Shown here one piece after another: positions 10,878 to 19,554 of a DNA stretch of 64,000 bases (positions are counted from its first letter, which is position 1; each line of letters starts with the position of its first letter). Origin of the DNA: Spirochaetia bacterium (GTDB lineage: Bacteria; Spirochaetota; Spirochaetia; SZUA-6; Bin103); NCBI GenBank assembly GCA_965198005.1, contig CBDAOI010000004.1:640001-704000 (forward strand), in the 5' to 3' direction. Both the position numbers and the translations under genes were made by a program. The notes beneath the pieces are model-generated. The model saw only the letters and a program-made list of their open reading frames with translations. It was not told the DNA's origin and ran no database searches.

Positions 10878-11324
10878 GTGAGTACAGAGTTGATCGGGCT
10901 ACTTGGCTCCACGATCGCCCTCGGCGGTCTGCTGTTCGCCGTGGGCCGCGCCATTCGCGGCGACCTGAAGGCCGAAGTAGGGGCCATTCGCGGCGACCTG
11001 AAGGCCGAAGTAGGGGCCCTGCGCGGCGACCTGAAGGCCGAAGTAGGAGCCATTCGCGGCGACCTGAAGGCCGAAGTAGGAGCCCTGCGCAAGGGGATGG
11101 GCGCGGGCGATGCCGCACTGAGCGAGGAGATCGGTGCCCTCCGCGCCGAGATGAAGGCCGACCATCAAGCGCTGCGCGCCGAGATGAAGGCCGGATTCGG
11201 AGAGCTCAATACGCGGGTTGGCGGCGTCGAGCAGCGGCTGTCGAAGGTGGAGGGTGTAATCGAGGGTCTGTTTTGGAGCAACCGGAACGAGCCCCCCGAC
11301 AGACCGGGCGAGGGCGTCGCCTGA
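10878..11324 (+). CDS. Small membrane-anchored coiled-coil protein with 11-residue repeats
   Basis: GGAGAGG RBS; N-terminal hydrophobic helix; (AIRGDLKAEVG)x4; C-terminal RLSKVEGVIEG. Confidence 0.75.
   Translation: MSTELIGLLGSTIALGGLLFAVGRAIRGDLKAEVGAIRGDLKAEVGALRGDLKAEVGAIRGDLKAEVGALRKGMGAGDAALSEEIGALRAEMKADHQALRAEMKAGFGELNTRVGGVEQRLSKVEGVIEGLFWSNRNEPPDRPGEGVA
10950..11090 (+). repeat. Coding 33-bp tandem repeat, about 4.3 copies
   Basis: gccattcgcggcgacctgaaggccgaagtagg(g/a) at 10950, 10983, 11016 and 11049. Confidence 0.95.
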
Positions 11325-11439
11325 AGGCGGTGGCGTCGCCTGCAGCCGCGTGTGTGCGTGCGGCCTCTACTACCGGGGGAGCCGGGGATTCGGGCTACCG
11401 GTCCGACAGGGAGCTCAAGAATTGGGCCGTTGGGCCGTA

Positions 11440-11719
11440 GGCCGATTCGTGGTTGGCGTCCTCGGGAGCGGAGGTTATGATCACCGAGGGTGGGATCCAC
11501 GGGAGCGGAGGTTATGATAGGGTGGGATGCAGTCAATCGCGACATCGCGACTACATCTGGGTATGGCTGTGCCTCACCTGCGGGGGGCTTGAGTGACCTA
11601 TAACACGTCAACGCTTATGACACTCTGTTCCCCTGACAGCCGCTCGCCGAGATTTGCTGAAAATCAGCTCGCGGCGGGCTTGCTTAATGGTGAGGAGTCC
11701 CCCCCCCCCCCCCCCCCCC
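11440..11719 (+). promoter_or_regulatory. Leader module A copy 1 (promoter block ending in C21) upstream of SBP cassette 1
   Basis: Near-identical to 45956-46185. TTGGCG-N17-TATGAT at 11453-11481, with cgggagcggaggttatgat duplicated; 21 C at 11699-11719. Confidence 0.85.
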
Positions 11720-12071
11720 AAGTATTTGCACGAGAAGCACTAAGACTAGTAGCCAGGTAAACGCTCGGGCTGAACGCGCGGCGCGCGCGCGCCAGGTCGC
11801 GTTCACCACCGCGTCCCCGACCACCTGCACAGCATGCCGCCGGCGTTGCCGGCCACTCACATTCGCCGCGCCGCCCCTCACCGCCCCGCCCGGCGTTCCG
11901 GGCTCCGGTACGCGCGCGCGTTTGAGGAGGTGCCGTGTGTAGGATGCAGAACTGACTCGGAACCCGGGCTGGCGCCCTCGCTTCCTGGTCACCTGCGAAT
12001 GCAGGCATGCCTCGAAAGCGGGCGAGGGGTCGGCAGTGGAAAGCAGAGCTTTCGAACGACAGGAGATCATT

Positions 12072-13904
12072 ATGAGCATTTTGAACAACGGAATGACCAA
12101 AGCGTGCCTCGCGGTACTGTGCGGTCTCGTCCTGACCGCAACCGGCCTATGGGCAAGCGCGGCCGGGGAACAGGAGCCGGCCGCGGCGATGGAGAAGGAA
12201 ATGGTGACGGACCCGTCCACCGGCGAGATGGTAACCGCGCCGGAGTATGGCGGCACACTTACCTTCGCCAATAAGCTGGCGACTGTGTATATCGACAGCT
12301 TTTACGGCGGCTTCGCCGGTTCCACCCAGTCCGGCTTCACGGAGAAGCTCGGCATCGCCAAGTGGGAAATAGATCGGAACGTGTTCAACCTCCAAAGCGG
12401 CTACGTTCCTCTTTCTGTCATACGAGGGTCGCTGGCCGAGAGCTGGGAACAACCCGATCCGACCACCTACATCTTCCACCTCCGCGAGGGCGTTCACTGG
12501 CATGACAAGGCACCAATGAATGGCAGAGAATTGACCGCCGAGGACGTAGTATTCAACTGGCACCGCATGATGGGCATGGGCGAGTTTGCTGAAGCCGGAG
12601 GGAGCCCCCATCAAGGGCAGATCACCGCTATACCATTTGAGTCGATTACGGCTACCGACCGGTATACGGTTGTCTTCACGACGACGGAGGCACAACAGGA
12701 TACCCTGCGGAATCTCGTCATCCACCACGCCGCTTGGGTATACCCGCCCGAGGTAATCCAGGAACACGGCGATATCCAGGACTGGAGGCATTCGGTCGGC
12801 ACCGGGCCCTACATGCTCACCGACGTCGTCGAAGGCGTCTCTATGACCTTCACCAAGAATCCTGACTACTGGGGCTTCGATGAAAAGTATCCGGACAACC
12901 GATTGCCCTACATTGACGAGTTGACGGGCCTGATCATGACCGAGGAAGCGACCATTGTGGCTGCACTTCGCTCCGGCAGCATTGATTACATCGGTCTGCC
13001 GGGCGGTGGCGGCGCTTTCCTGAGCTCTATCGATCAGGCAGAGAGCCTCCGAGAAAACAACCCGGAGCTCGTGCTGACCGCGTGGGCGTATCGCTCTGAG
13101 AATGCTGTTCAGTTCAAAATGATGGAGCCCCCCTTCAACGACGTCAACGTGCGCGCGGCAATGCAAATGGCATTGGACCTCGAATCAATCAACGATACCT
13201 ACTACAAGGGGTTCGCAGACACGACGCCGCGCACGAGGATTGGCGATGCGCTAGCGGGTTATACCGTCCCGTTTGACGAGTGGCCCGAGGACCTCAAGGG
13301 AGAGTACGCGTATAACCCGCAAGAGGCGGAGCGGCTCCTCGATGCGGCCGGGTATCCTCGCGGCGCAGACGGCATGAGATTCGAGACCGACTTGTCAATC
13401 ATTGACCTCCTGGATGTCGACTACTATCAATTGGCCGCCGCGTACTGGAAGGGAATCGGCGTTGACGTCGGGATCATCTTATTGGACCGACCTGCCTTCA
13501 TCGCCGCGTCGCAAGGACTTACCTATGAAGGTATGTCAAGTACGGTATCAGCCTATGATTTTGATGCATTGGAGGCGATAAGAGGTTACCACTCGAGCTC
13601 GGTAGGGAAGTCCGGGACCGGAGCGAGCCAAACCGGACTCCAGGACCCGGTTTTCGACGCCTTGTTTGATGCGGCTCAAGCCGCTGACAACGTCGAGGAG
13701 CAGCAGAGGGTGGTCAGAGAGATCGATCTGTACCTTGCAAAGAACCATCTGCTGGTGTGGAGTCCCAAGCCTCCGCAGTTCAACGTGAACCAGAGCTGGG
13801 TCAAGGGTTACAACGGTGAGATAGACCTGGGATGGGGCGACCGTAACGCCGTATTCTCCCGCATTTGGATTGACCAGGACCTGAAGCGGGAAATGGGCCA
13901 CTAG
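12072..13904 (+). CDS. ABC transporter substrate-binding protein, family 5 (OppA/DppA-like), paralog 1
   Basis: AGGAG RBS; signal peptide; PEYGGTL, LAESWEQPDPTTYIFHLREGVHWH, VGTGPY, PPFNDVNVRAAMQMALD. Confidence 0.95.
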   Translation: MSILNNGMTKACLAVLCGLVLTATGLWASAAGEQEPAAAMEKEMVTDPSTGEMVTAPEYGGTLTFANKLATVYIDSFYGGFAGSTQSGFTEKLGIAKWEIDRNVFNLQSGYVPLSVIRGSLAESWEQPDPTTYIFHLREGVHWHDKAPMNGRELTAEDVVFNWHRMMGMGEFAEAGGSPHQGQITAIPFESITATDRYTVVFTTTEAQQDTLRNLVIHHAAWVYPPEVIQEHGDIQDWRHSVGTGPYMLTDVVEGVSMTFTKNPDYWGFDEKYPDNRLPYIDELTGLIMTEEATIVAALRSGSIDYIGLPGGGGAFLSSIDQAESLRENNPELVLTAWAYRSENAVQFKMMEPPFNDVNVRAAMQMALDLESINDTYYKGFADTTPRTRIGDALAGYTVPFDEWPEDLKGEYAYNPQEAERLLDAAGYPRGADGMRFETDLSIIDLLDVDYYQLAAAYWKGIGVDVGIILLDRPAFIAASQGLTYEGMSSTVSAYDFDALEAIRGYHSSSVGKSGTGASQTGLQDPVFDALFDAAQAADNVEEQQRVVREIDLYLAKNHLLVWSPKPPQFNVNQSWVKGYNGEIDLGWGDRNAVFSRIWIDQDLKREMGH

Positions 13905-13922
13905 CTGTCCATTGGCTACGGA

Positions 13923-13959
13923 AAGGGGAGCTGGGACACTCGGAATCCCGGCTCCCCTT
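13923..13959 (+). terminator. Post-SBP stem-loop, shared by all four cassettes
   Basis: aaggggagctggga...tcccggctcccctt; homologues at 48814-48844, 55067-55098 and 62684-62729. No clear U-tract. Confidence 0.65.
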
Positions 13960-14019
13960 CTCATTGACATCGCTGCGCGGTTAGCTGGCAAGTGACACGA
14001 AAGCGATGAGGAGGATTGC

Positions 14020-14982
14020 ATGAGGGTCTACGTCTTCCGGCGGCTGTTGCTCATGATCCCCACACTGTTCGTGTTGAGCATGCTGGTCTTTTTCTCGGTC
14101 CGTTTCATCCCCGGCGACATAATCGACGCCATGTTGGGCCGGATGAACTACGTCGGCGCTTCCGCGGCGATTGACCGTGACACGCTCGAGCACATGCTGG
14201 GATTGGACGTGCCGGTGTACGTGCAGTATGGACGCTGGATAGGAGGTATTCTCCTGGAAGGGACCCTGGGCACGTCACTGTGGGGCGATTGGACGGTGGA
14301 GGAGAAGATACTCGGGAGGTTGCCGGTAACCGTCGAGCTCGGCGCCATGGCGATCCTCATCGGGCTGCTGATCGCGCTGCCGGTCGGCATCTACTCGGCG
14401 GTCCGCCAGGATACCGCCGCCGACTACGTGGGGCGCTCGGTCGCCATCATCGGCCTGGCGACGCCGAACTTCTGGCTGGGCATCATGGTGATGATCTACC
14501 CGGCGCTGTGGTGGGGCTGGGCGCCGCCGATGAGGCTGATTCCGTTCACGGCCGACCCGCTGGGCAACCTCGGAATGTTCCTCATTCCCAGCCTGATCCT
14601 GGGGACCGCCATGGCTGCCGCCACCATGCGGATGACGCGCACCATGATGCTGGAGGTGCTGCGGCAGGACTACGTCAGGACGGCGTGGTCCAAGGGTCTC
14701 AAGGAGCGGCTCGTTGTAATGCGACATGCCGTCAAGAATGGGCTGATCCCGGTGGTGACGCTGGTAGGACTGCAGCTTCCCATCCTGCTCGGCGGCGCGG
14801 TGATCATGGAGAACATATTCAACCTTCCCGGGTTGGGTAATCTCCTGCTGCTGTCCTTAGGCGACCGAGACTACCCGATGGTCTCCGGCATAAACCTGCT
14901 GTTCGGCACCGGGGTCGTGGTGTTCAATCTGCTCATCGACCTCATTTATCCCTATCTAGACCCCAGGGTCACCTATAAATAA
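14020..14982 (+). CDS. ABC transporter permease (OppB/DppB-like)
   Basis: MRVYVFRRLL, RTMMLEVLRQDYVRTAWSKGL, LDPRV. Confidence 0.95.
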   Translation: MRVYVFRRLLLMIPTLFVLSMLVFFSVRFIPGDIIDAMLGRMNYVGASAAIDRDTLEHMLGLDVPVYVQYGRWIGGILLEGTLGTSLWGDWTVEEKILGRLPVTVELGAMAILIGLLIALPVGIYSAVRQDTAADYVGRSVAIIGLATPNFWLGIMVMIYPALWWGWAPPMRLIPFTADPLGNLGMFLIPSLILGTAMAAATMRMTRTMMLEVLRQDYVRTAWSKGLKERLVVMRHAVKNGLIPVVTLVGLQLPILLGGAVIMENIFNLPGLGNLLLLSLGDRDYPMVSGINLLFGTGVVVFNLLIDLIYPYLDPRVTYK

Positions 14983-15912
14983 GTGGGAAAGACGGGGAGC
15001 GTTCGCGAGCCAAAGCGGCGTGCCGGGCTGGCTCATTTCTTTGCCAGGATGTGGCGGGAAAAGCCACTGGGTACGATGAGCGGGATAGTTGTCCTGATGC
15101 TGGTTCTTATCAGCATCTTCGCCGATGTGCTGGCTCCCTATGGCTATACGGAAGTGAATCCGGCAGACCGCCTGCAGGGCGCATCGGTGCAGCATCCGCT
15201 GGGCACCGACCAGTTGGGGCGGGACCTGTTGAGCCGCCTGCTCTACGGGGCTCGTATTTCGCTCATTGTCGGTTTGTGCGCCACTTCCATCACGGTTGCG
15301 GTAGCCGTCCTGGTGGGCGGAAGTTCAGGATTCGTCGGTGGAAAACTGGACCTGGTCGTGCAGCGGGTGGTCGATGCCTGGATGGCGTTTCCGGGACTGC
15401 TGCTGTTGTTGACGGTAATGTCGATCGTGGGCCGGGGAATGCTGCAGATCATAGTGGTGCTCGGCATAACCGGGGGCATTCCCGCGTCGCGGATAGTGCG
15501 CGGAGCGGTGATCGGGGTCAAGGAGAGCACCTATTTTCTGGCGGCAGAGTCCATTGGCCGCAAGCAATGGGAGACGCTCGTGCGGCACGTGCTGCCCAAC
15601 ATCGCGGCTCCGGTAGTCATCATCTTCAGTATCAACATCGGAGCGGTGATCATCGCCGAGGCCAGCTTGAGTTTCCTGGGATTCGGTCTGCCGCTGGAGG
15701 TTCCGAGCTGGGGCAGTCTGCTCAGCCGAGACGGGCGCAAGTACATGGAGCAGGCGCCCTGGCTGGCGCTGTGGCCCGGTCTGTGCCTGACCATTCTGGT
15801 CTACAGCCTGAACATGTTCGGTGATGCGCTGCGCGACCTGCTCGACCCCCGGCTGAAGGGCGGCATGGGTCGTATCGGCACGCACGGCGTGCCAACTAGG
15901 CGCGGCGGGTGA
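14983..15912 (+). CDS. ABC transporter permease (OppC/DppC-like)
   Basis: HPLGTDQLGRDLLSRLLYGARISL, RHVLPN, EASLSFLGFG, GDALRDLLDP. Confidence 0.95.
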   Translation: MGKTGSVREPKRRAGLAHFFARMWREKPLGTMSGIVVLMLVLISIFADVLAPYGYTEVNPADRLQGASVQHPLGTDQLGRDLLSRLLYGARISLIVGLCATSITVAVAVLVGGSSGFVGGKLDLVVQRVVDAWMAFPGLLLLLTVMSIVGRGMLQIIVVLGITGGIPASRIVRGAVIGVKESTYFLAAESIGRKQWETLVRHVLPNIAAPVVIIFSINIGAVIIAEASLSFLGFGLPLEVPSWGSLLSRDGRKYMEQAPWLALWPGLCLTILVYSLNMFGDALRDLLDPRLKGGMGRIGTHGVPTRRGG

Positions 15913-16591
15913 GAGGGTCGCCCGCGAACTGCGCCGGCGCGCGCGCTGGCCCACTGGCGCACGCGAACTGTGGTGACCGGAGCCCGGCAGACTGGTAGTG
16001 CGGGCTCTCGTCATCCCGGCGCGGATGGGGACAGGAACTGACGCGCCGAGCGGGAAAGAACAGCTGCGCAAGCAGGGACGGCACCCTCGGTTCGAGACCG
16101 TTCTCCCGCAGGCTCGCGGCCCAGGAATCGAGATAATCCGCGAACGTGCGGTTGGCGGCGGCGTCCCACAGGTTCAGTCGTGCGCAGTCGCGCCACAGGG
16201 CAGGGTGGTCGAGGAACGCCCTCAGCAAGAGCACCGCCACCGCACCGGTCAGCGCCCGCGCACAGCCGGCTGCTTCCAGCGTCGCGCTGTTGTCGGCCAG
16301 CCACTGCGGCGGAGCATCGGGTGCTGAGTACCGGGCCGCGACGTACTCGGCATACTTCACCAACTCCGGCGCGAAGCGCGTCGCCTCCGCGACCCCGGGT
16401 GGCGGATCGTCGATCCAGGTCACCGAGAGCCGATGCAGCACGAACAGCGAGGCCAGCTCGCACAGGCACTCCTCGAACCAGCGGTGCCTGTGCGCGGTGT
16501 GCCGATCGGAGTTGATCATCAGGTGACACAGCTCGTGCGCGAACTGGTACACGTACTGACACCAGAAGGTGTCGCGGGCGCTGATCCGCAT
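15896..16591 (-). CDS. Hypothetical HEXXH zinc-metallopeptidase-like protein, probably 5'-truncated
   Basis: YQFAHELCH followed by WFEECLCE; no convincing RBS. Confidence 0.6.
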   Translation of the reverse strand: MRISARDTFWCQYVYQFAHELCHLMINSDRHTAHRHRWFEECLCELASLFVLHRLSVTWIDDPPPGVAEATRFAPELVKYAEYVAARYSAPDAPPQWLADNSATLEAAGCARALTGAVAVLLLRAFLDHPALWRDCARLNLWDAAANRTFADYLDSWAASLRENGLEPRVPSLLAQLFFPARRVSSCPHPRRDDESPHYQSAGLRSPQFACASGPARAPAQFAGDPLTRRA

Positions 16592-16675
16592 CTGGTAGGG
16601 CCGAACCTGCGCCGAGGAGGTGGTGCTGGCGGCCTCGACGCCTGATTCGTGCCGACACGTACACGTCCCCGAGAC

Positions 16676-16704
16676 TTGACGGCAGCCAGGCGGGCGGCTA
16701 CTGT
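16676..16704 (+). promoter_or_regulatory. Promoter of TA operon (predicts a leaderless mRNA)
   Basis: TTGACG-N17-TACTGT, 6 nt before ATG 16711. Confidence 0.6.
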
Positions 16705-16710
16705 GAGCGA

Positions 16711-16965
16711 ATGAAGAATATCACAGTTTCTGTGGATGAAGACGTCTATCACAGAGCACGGATGTGGGCTGCCGAGCGACGGACTTCGGTTTCGGCGATA
16801 GTGGGGCAGATGCTGATAGAATTCGCGGCCGAGGAGACTCGCTTCGAGCGGCTGCGTCGTGAGGAGTGCGAGTTGCGGGAACGCCTCCGGAGCCGTGGGG
16901 TCAGGTTCGCGGCATCCGACCGGCTCTCACGGGATGCGCTGCACGATCGCCATGCGCTTCGTTGA
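16711..16965 (+). CDS. Ribbon-helix-helix antitoxin (VapB-like)
   Basis: MKNITVSVDEDVYHRARMWAAERRTSVSAIV; overlaps the PIN gene. Confidence 0.85.
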   Translation: MKNITVSVDEDVYHRARMWAAERRTSVSAIVGQMLIEFAAEETRFERLRREECELRERLRSRGVRFAASDRLSRDALHDRHALR

Positions 16966-17371
16966 CACCAACGTTCTGCTCTACAGCGTGAGCACGGATC
17001 CGGCGGAAGCGGGCAAAGCCGCCGCCGCGGTTGGGTTGCTGGCCGACGAGGACCTCTGTCTCTCCGTTCAAGTGCTGCAGGAGTTCTATGTCCAAGCCAC
17101 GCGGCTGACTCGCGCCGATCCCCTGCCGCACGATGACGCGGTCGCGTTCATCGACACATGGCAGCGATTCCGGGTGCAGGAGATGTCGGTTGCGCTGATG
17201 CTGGAGGCGCTCGCGGCGGCCAGGCGCTGGCGCGTGTCCTACTGGGATGCCGCGATTGTCGAAGCGGCGAGGATACTCGACTGTGACGAGTTGTTGACCG
17301 AAGACCTGAATGCCGGTCAGGTGTTCGACGGGGTGACGGTGGTCAATCCGTTTCCCCGACTTGATCGTTGA
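16952..17371 (+). CDS. PIN-domain toxin (VapC-like)
   Basis: FVDTNVLLY, SVQVLQEF, SYWDAAIVEAA, LLTEDL. Confidence 0.92.
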   Translation: MRFVDTNVLLYSVSTDPAEAGKAAAAVGLLADEDLCLSVQVLQEFYVQATRLTRADPLPHDDAVAFIDTWQRFRVQEMSVALMLEALAAARRWRVSYWDAAIVEAARILDCDELLTEDLNAGQVFDGVTVVNPFPRLDR

Positions 17372-17374
17372 CGC

Positions 17375-17585
17375 GACATCACCGCGCCGGTCATCGTCGT
17401 GTTCTCGATCACCATCGGCGGCGTCATCATCGCGAGGGGCGCAGTTTCATGGAGATGGCGCCGCGCCTGGCGATGTGGCCCGGTCTTGCGCTGACTGCTA
17501 CGGTTTACAGTTGAACTTGTTCGGCGACGCGGTGCGGGACCTGCTTGATCCGAGGTGGCGAGGTGGCGTGGGCCGTCATGGCCGT
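17375..17585 (+). pseudogene. 3' remnant of a further OppC-like permease
   Basis: ITAPVIVVFSITIGGVII / REGRSFMEMAPRLAMWPG / NLFGDAVRDLLDPR; internal deletion and frameshifts relative to the intact paralogs. Confidence 0.8.
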
Positions 17586-17656
17586 CAATCCCCGCTTGCC
17601 GCTTCAGGCGATTTCTCCGATGATAGGAGGGACCGAGCATCCGGGAGGAGGTGGAC

Positions 17657-18610
17657 GTGGCGCCACGTTCGAGTTGGAAGGGATTCGTCAGGCTGAGTCT
17701 CGTGTCGGTGCCGGTAAAGGCGTATACCGCCAACGATACCGGCGTGCAGGTACGCCTCAATCAGCTCCACGCCGAGTGCAACAGCCGCATCGCCTACAAG
17801 AAGGTGTGTCCCCAGCACGGCGAGGTAGACAGCGACCAGATCACCCGCGGCTACGAGTACGCCAAGGGGCAGTACGTCGTGATCGACGATGACGAGCTGG
17901 ACAAGCTGCGCACCGCGGGTGACCGCTCGGTCAACATCGAGGGGTTCATGGCCCCGGGGGAGCTGGACGCCGTGTACCACGCCGGCCGCACCTACTATCT
18001 GGTGCCGGACGGTGCGGTCGGGCAGAAGCCGTACGCGCTGCTGGTGCGGAGCATGCAGGAAAACAACGTGCACGCGCTGGCCCAGGTGGTGATCGCGCGG
18101 CGCGAGCAGCTCGTGCTGCTGCGCCCGATCGGCAACGTGCTGGCGATGACCATGCTCAACCACCAGATGAAGGTGAAGGCGGCCGCGTCGTTCGAGGACG
18201 AGGTGGTGGCGGCCGACTGCAGCGCCGCGGAGGTACAGCTCGCCGCGACGCTGATCAACGCCTCCCGGCTGCAGGAGTTCGATTACGCCCGATACACCGA
18301 CCGCTACGTCGAGAAGCTCACGGAGCTGATCCAGCTCAAGGTCGAGGGCGAGGAAGTGGTGCAGGTGGCCGATACCGAGGAGCCGAAGATCATCAATCTG
18401 ATGGAGGCGCTGAAGAAGAGCGTGGCCGAGGCGCAGGGGGCGGCGCCGGCGAGCGACGCGGCGGCGGACGCGGCGGACGGTAAGGCCGCGCCTGCGCGCG
18501 GCGCGGCGGGTGGCCGGAAGCAGGCGCCGAGCGCCAAGGCCCGGCGGCCGCCGGAGGCGGCGGAAGCGGACGTGGCCGCGGCCGCGGACCGCGCGCAGCA
18601 GGCCGGGTAG
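17657..18610 (+). CDS. ku: Ku, NHEJ DNA end-binding protein
   Basis: GGAGGT RBS; RSSWKGFVRLSLVSVPVK, RGYEYAKGQYVV, YYLVP, KIINLMEALKKS. Confidence 0.95.
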   Translation: MAPRSSWKGFVRLSLVSVPVKAYTANDTGVQVRLNQLHAECNSRIAYKKVCPQHGEVDSDQITRGYEYAKGQYVVIDDDELDKLRTAGDRSVNIEGFMAPGELDAVYHAGRTYYLVPDGAVGQKPYALLVRSMQENNVHALAQVVIARREQLVLLRPIGNVLAMTMLNHQMKVKAAASFEDEVVAADCSAAEVQLAATLINASRLQEFDYARYTDRYVEKLTELIQLKVEGEEVVQVADTEEPKIINLMEALKKSVAEAQGAAPASDAAADAADGKAAPARGAAGGRKQAPSAKARRPPEAAEADVAAAADRAQQAG

Positions 18611-18657
18611 CCGGCGGAGCGCGCCCCATCGACCGCCTGCCGGCGACGTTCGCCCCG

Positions 18658-19554
18658 ATGCTGGCCAAGCCGGGCCGGCCGTTCGATTCGGCGCGCCACC
18701 TGTATGAGGTGAAGTGGGACGGCATCCGGGCCATCGCCCTGGTCGAGGGCGGCGGCTACCGGCTGCTGAGCCGCACCGGGCACGACCTCACCGACCGCTA
18801 CTCCGAACTGGCCGCACTCGCCCGGCTGCCCGCCGGCACCATGCTGGACGGTGAGGTGGTGGTGCTGGAGAACGGGATCCCCAACTTCGAGGCGGCGTTG
18901 CGGCACCGCCGCCGGAGCGGTGCGGCGGCGTCCCAACCGGCTCCCCGGTACATGGTGTTCGACCTGCCGTACCGTTCGTTCCAGTCGACCATGGACCGGC
19001 CGCTGCTGGAGCGCAGGGCGCCGTTGCCGGAGCTGGTGGACGGCTGCCGTTCGCCTCTGGTGATCAGTTCCGACGGCTTGGTCGGCGCCGGCATCCGCTT
19101 CTATCGCGAGGTGTGCGCGCGCGGCATCGAAGGGGTGATGGCCAAGCGCGTCGACAGCCGCTACCTGCCGGGCAGGCGTACCGACGCCTGGATCAAGATC
19201 AAGCGGCGCCTGCATCTCAACTGCGTGGTGCTGGGATACTTGGACAAGGAGGGGGATGACTTTCAGAGTCTGATCGTGGCTACCGACCGGGGAAACGGGC
19301 TGCGCTACGCGGGCCGGGTCGGCACCGGATTCACCGCCGCCCAGCGCGGTGCGCTCAAGCGGGTGCTGGTGCGCCGGCGGCGCGCCACCGGGCTGCTGCC
19401 GGTGGCCGACCAGCCTGCCCTGCGGCAACTGCCGGACCCGGTGTGCTGGGTGGACCCGGTCGTGTTCTGCGTCGTCTCCTGCCTCGAATTCAGCAGTTCC
19501 GGGGTGATGCGGGCGCCGGTATTCGAGGGGCTGGTGGAGGAACCGGCGCCATGA
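18658..19554 (+). CDS. Stand-alone ATP-dependent DNA ligase (LigD-ligase/LigC-like: adenylation plus OB domains)
   Basis: Motif I EVKWDGIR, LDGEVVV, YMVFDL, EGVMAKR, WIKIK; OB domain YAGRVGTGF...MRAPVF. Start uncertain. Confidence 0.9.
   Translation: MLAKPGRPFDSARHLYEVKWDGIRAIALVEGGGYRLLSRTGHDLTDRYSELAALARLPAGTMLDGEVVVLENGIPNFEAALRHRRRSGAAASQPAPRYMVFDLPYRSFQSTMDRPLLERRAPLPELVDGCRSPLVISSDGLVGAGIRFYREVCARGIEGVMAKRVDSRYLPGRRTDAWIKIKRRLHLNCVVLGYLDKEGDDFQSLIVATDRGNGLRYAGRVGTGFTAAQRGALKRVLVRRRRATGLLPVADQPALRQLPDPVCWVDPVVFCVVSCLEFSSSGVMRAPVFEGLVEEPAP

Noticed and set aside
10950-11090. 33-bp repeats as a CRISPR array
   Set aside because: Repeats are contiguous with no spacers, in frame within a coding gene, and no cas genes are present.
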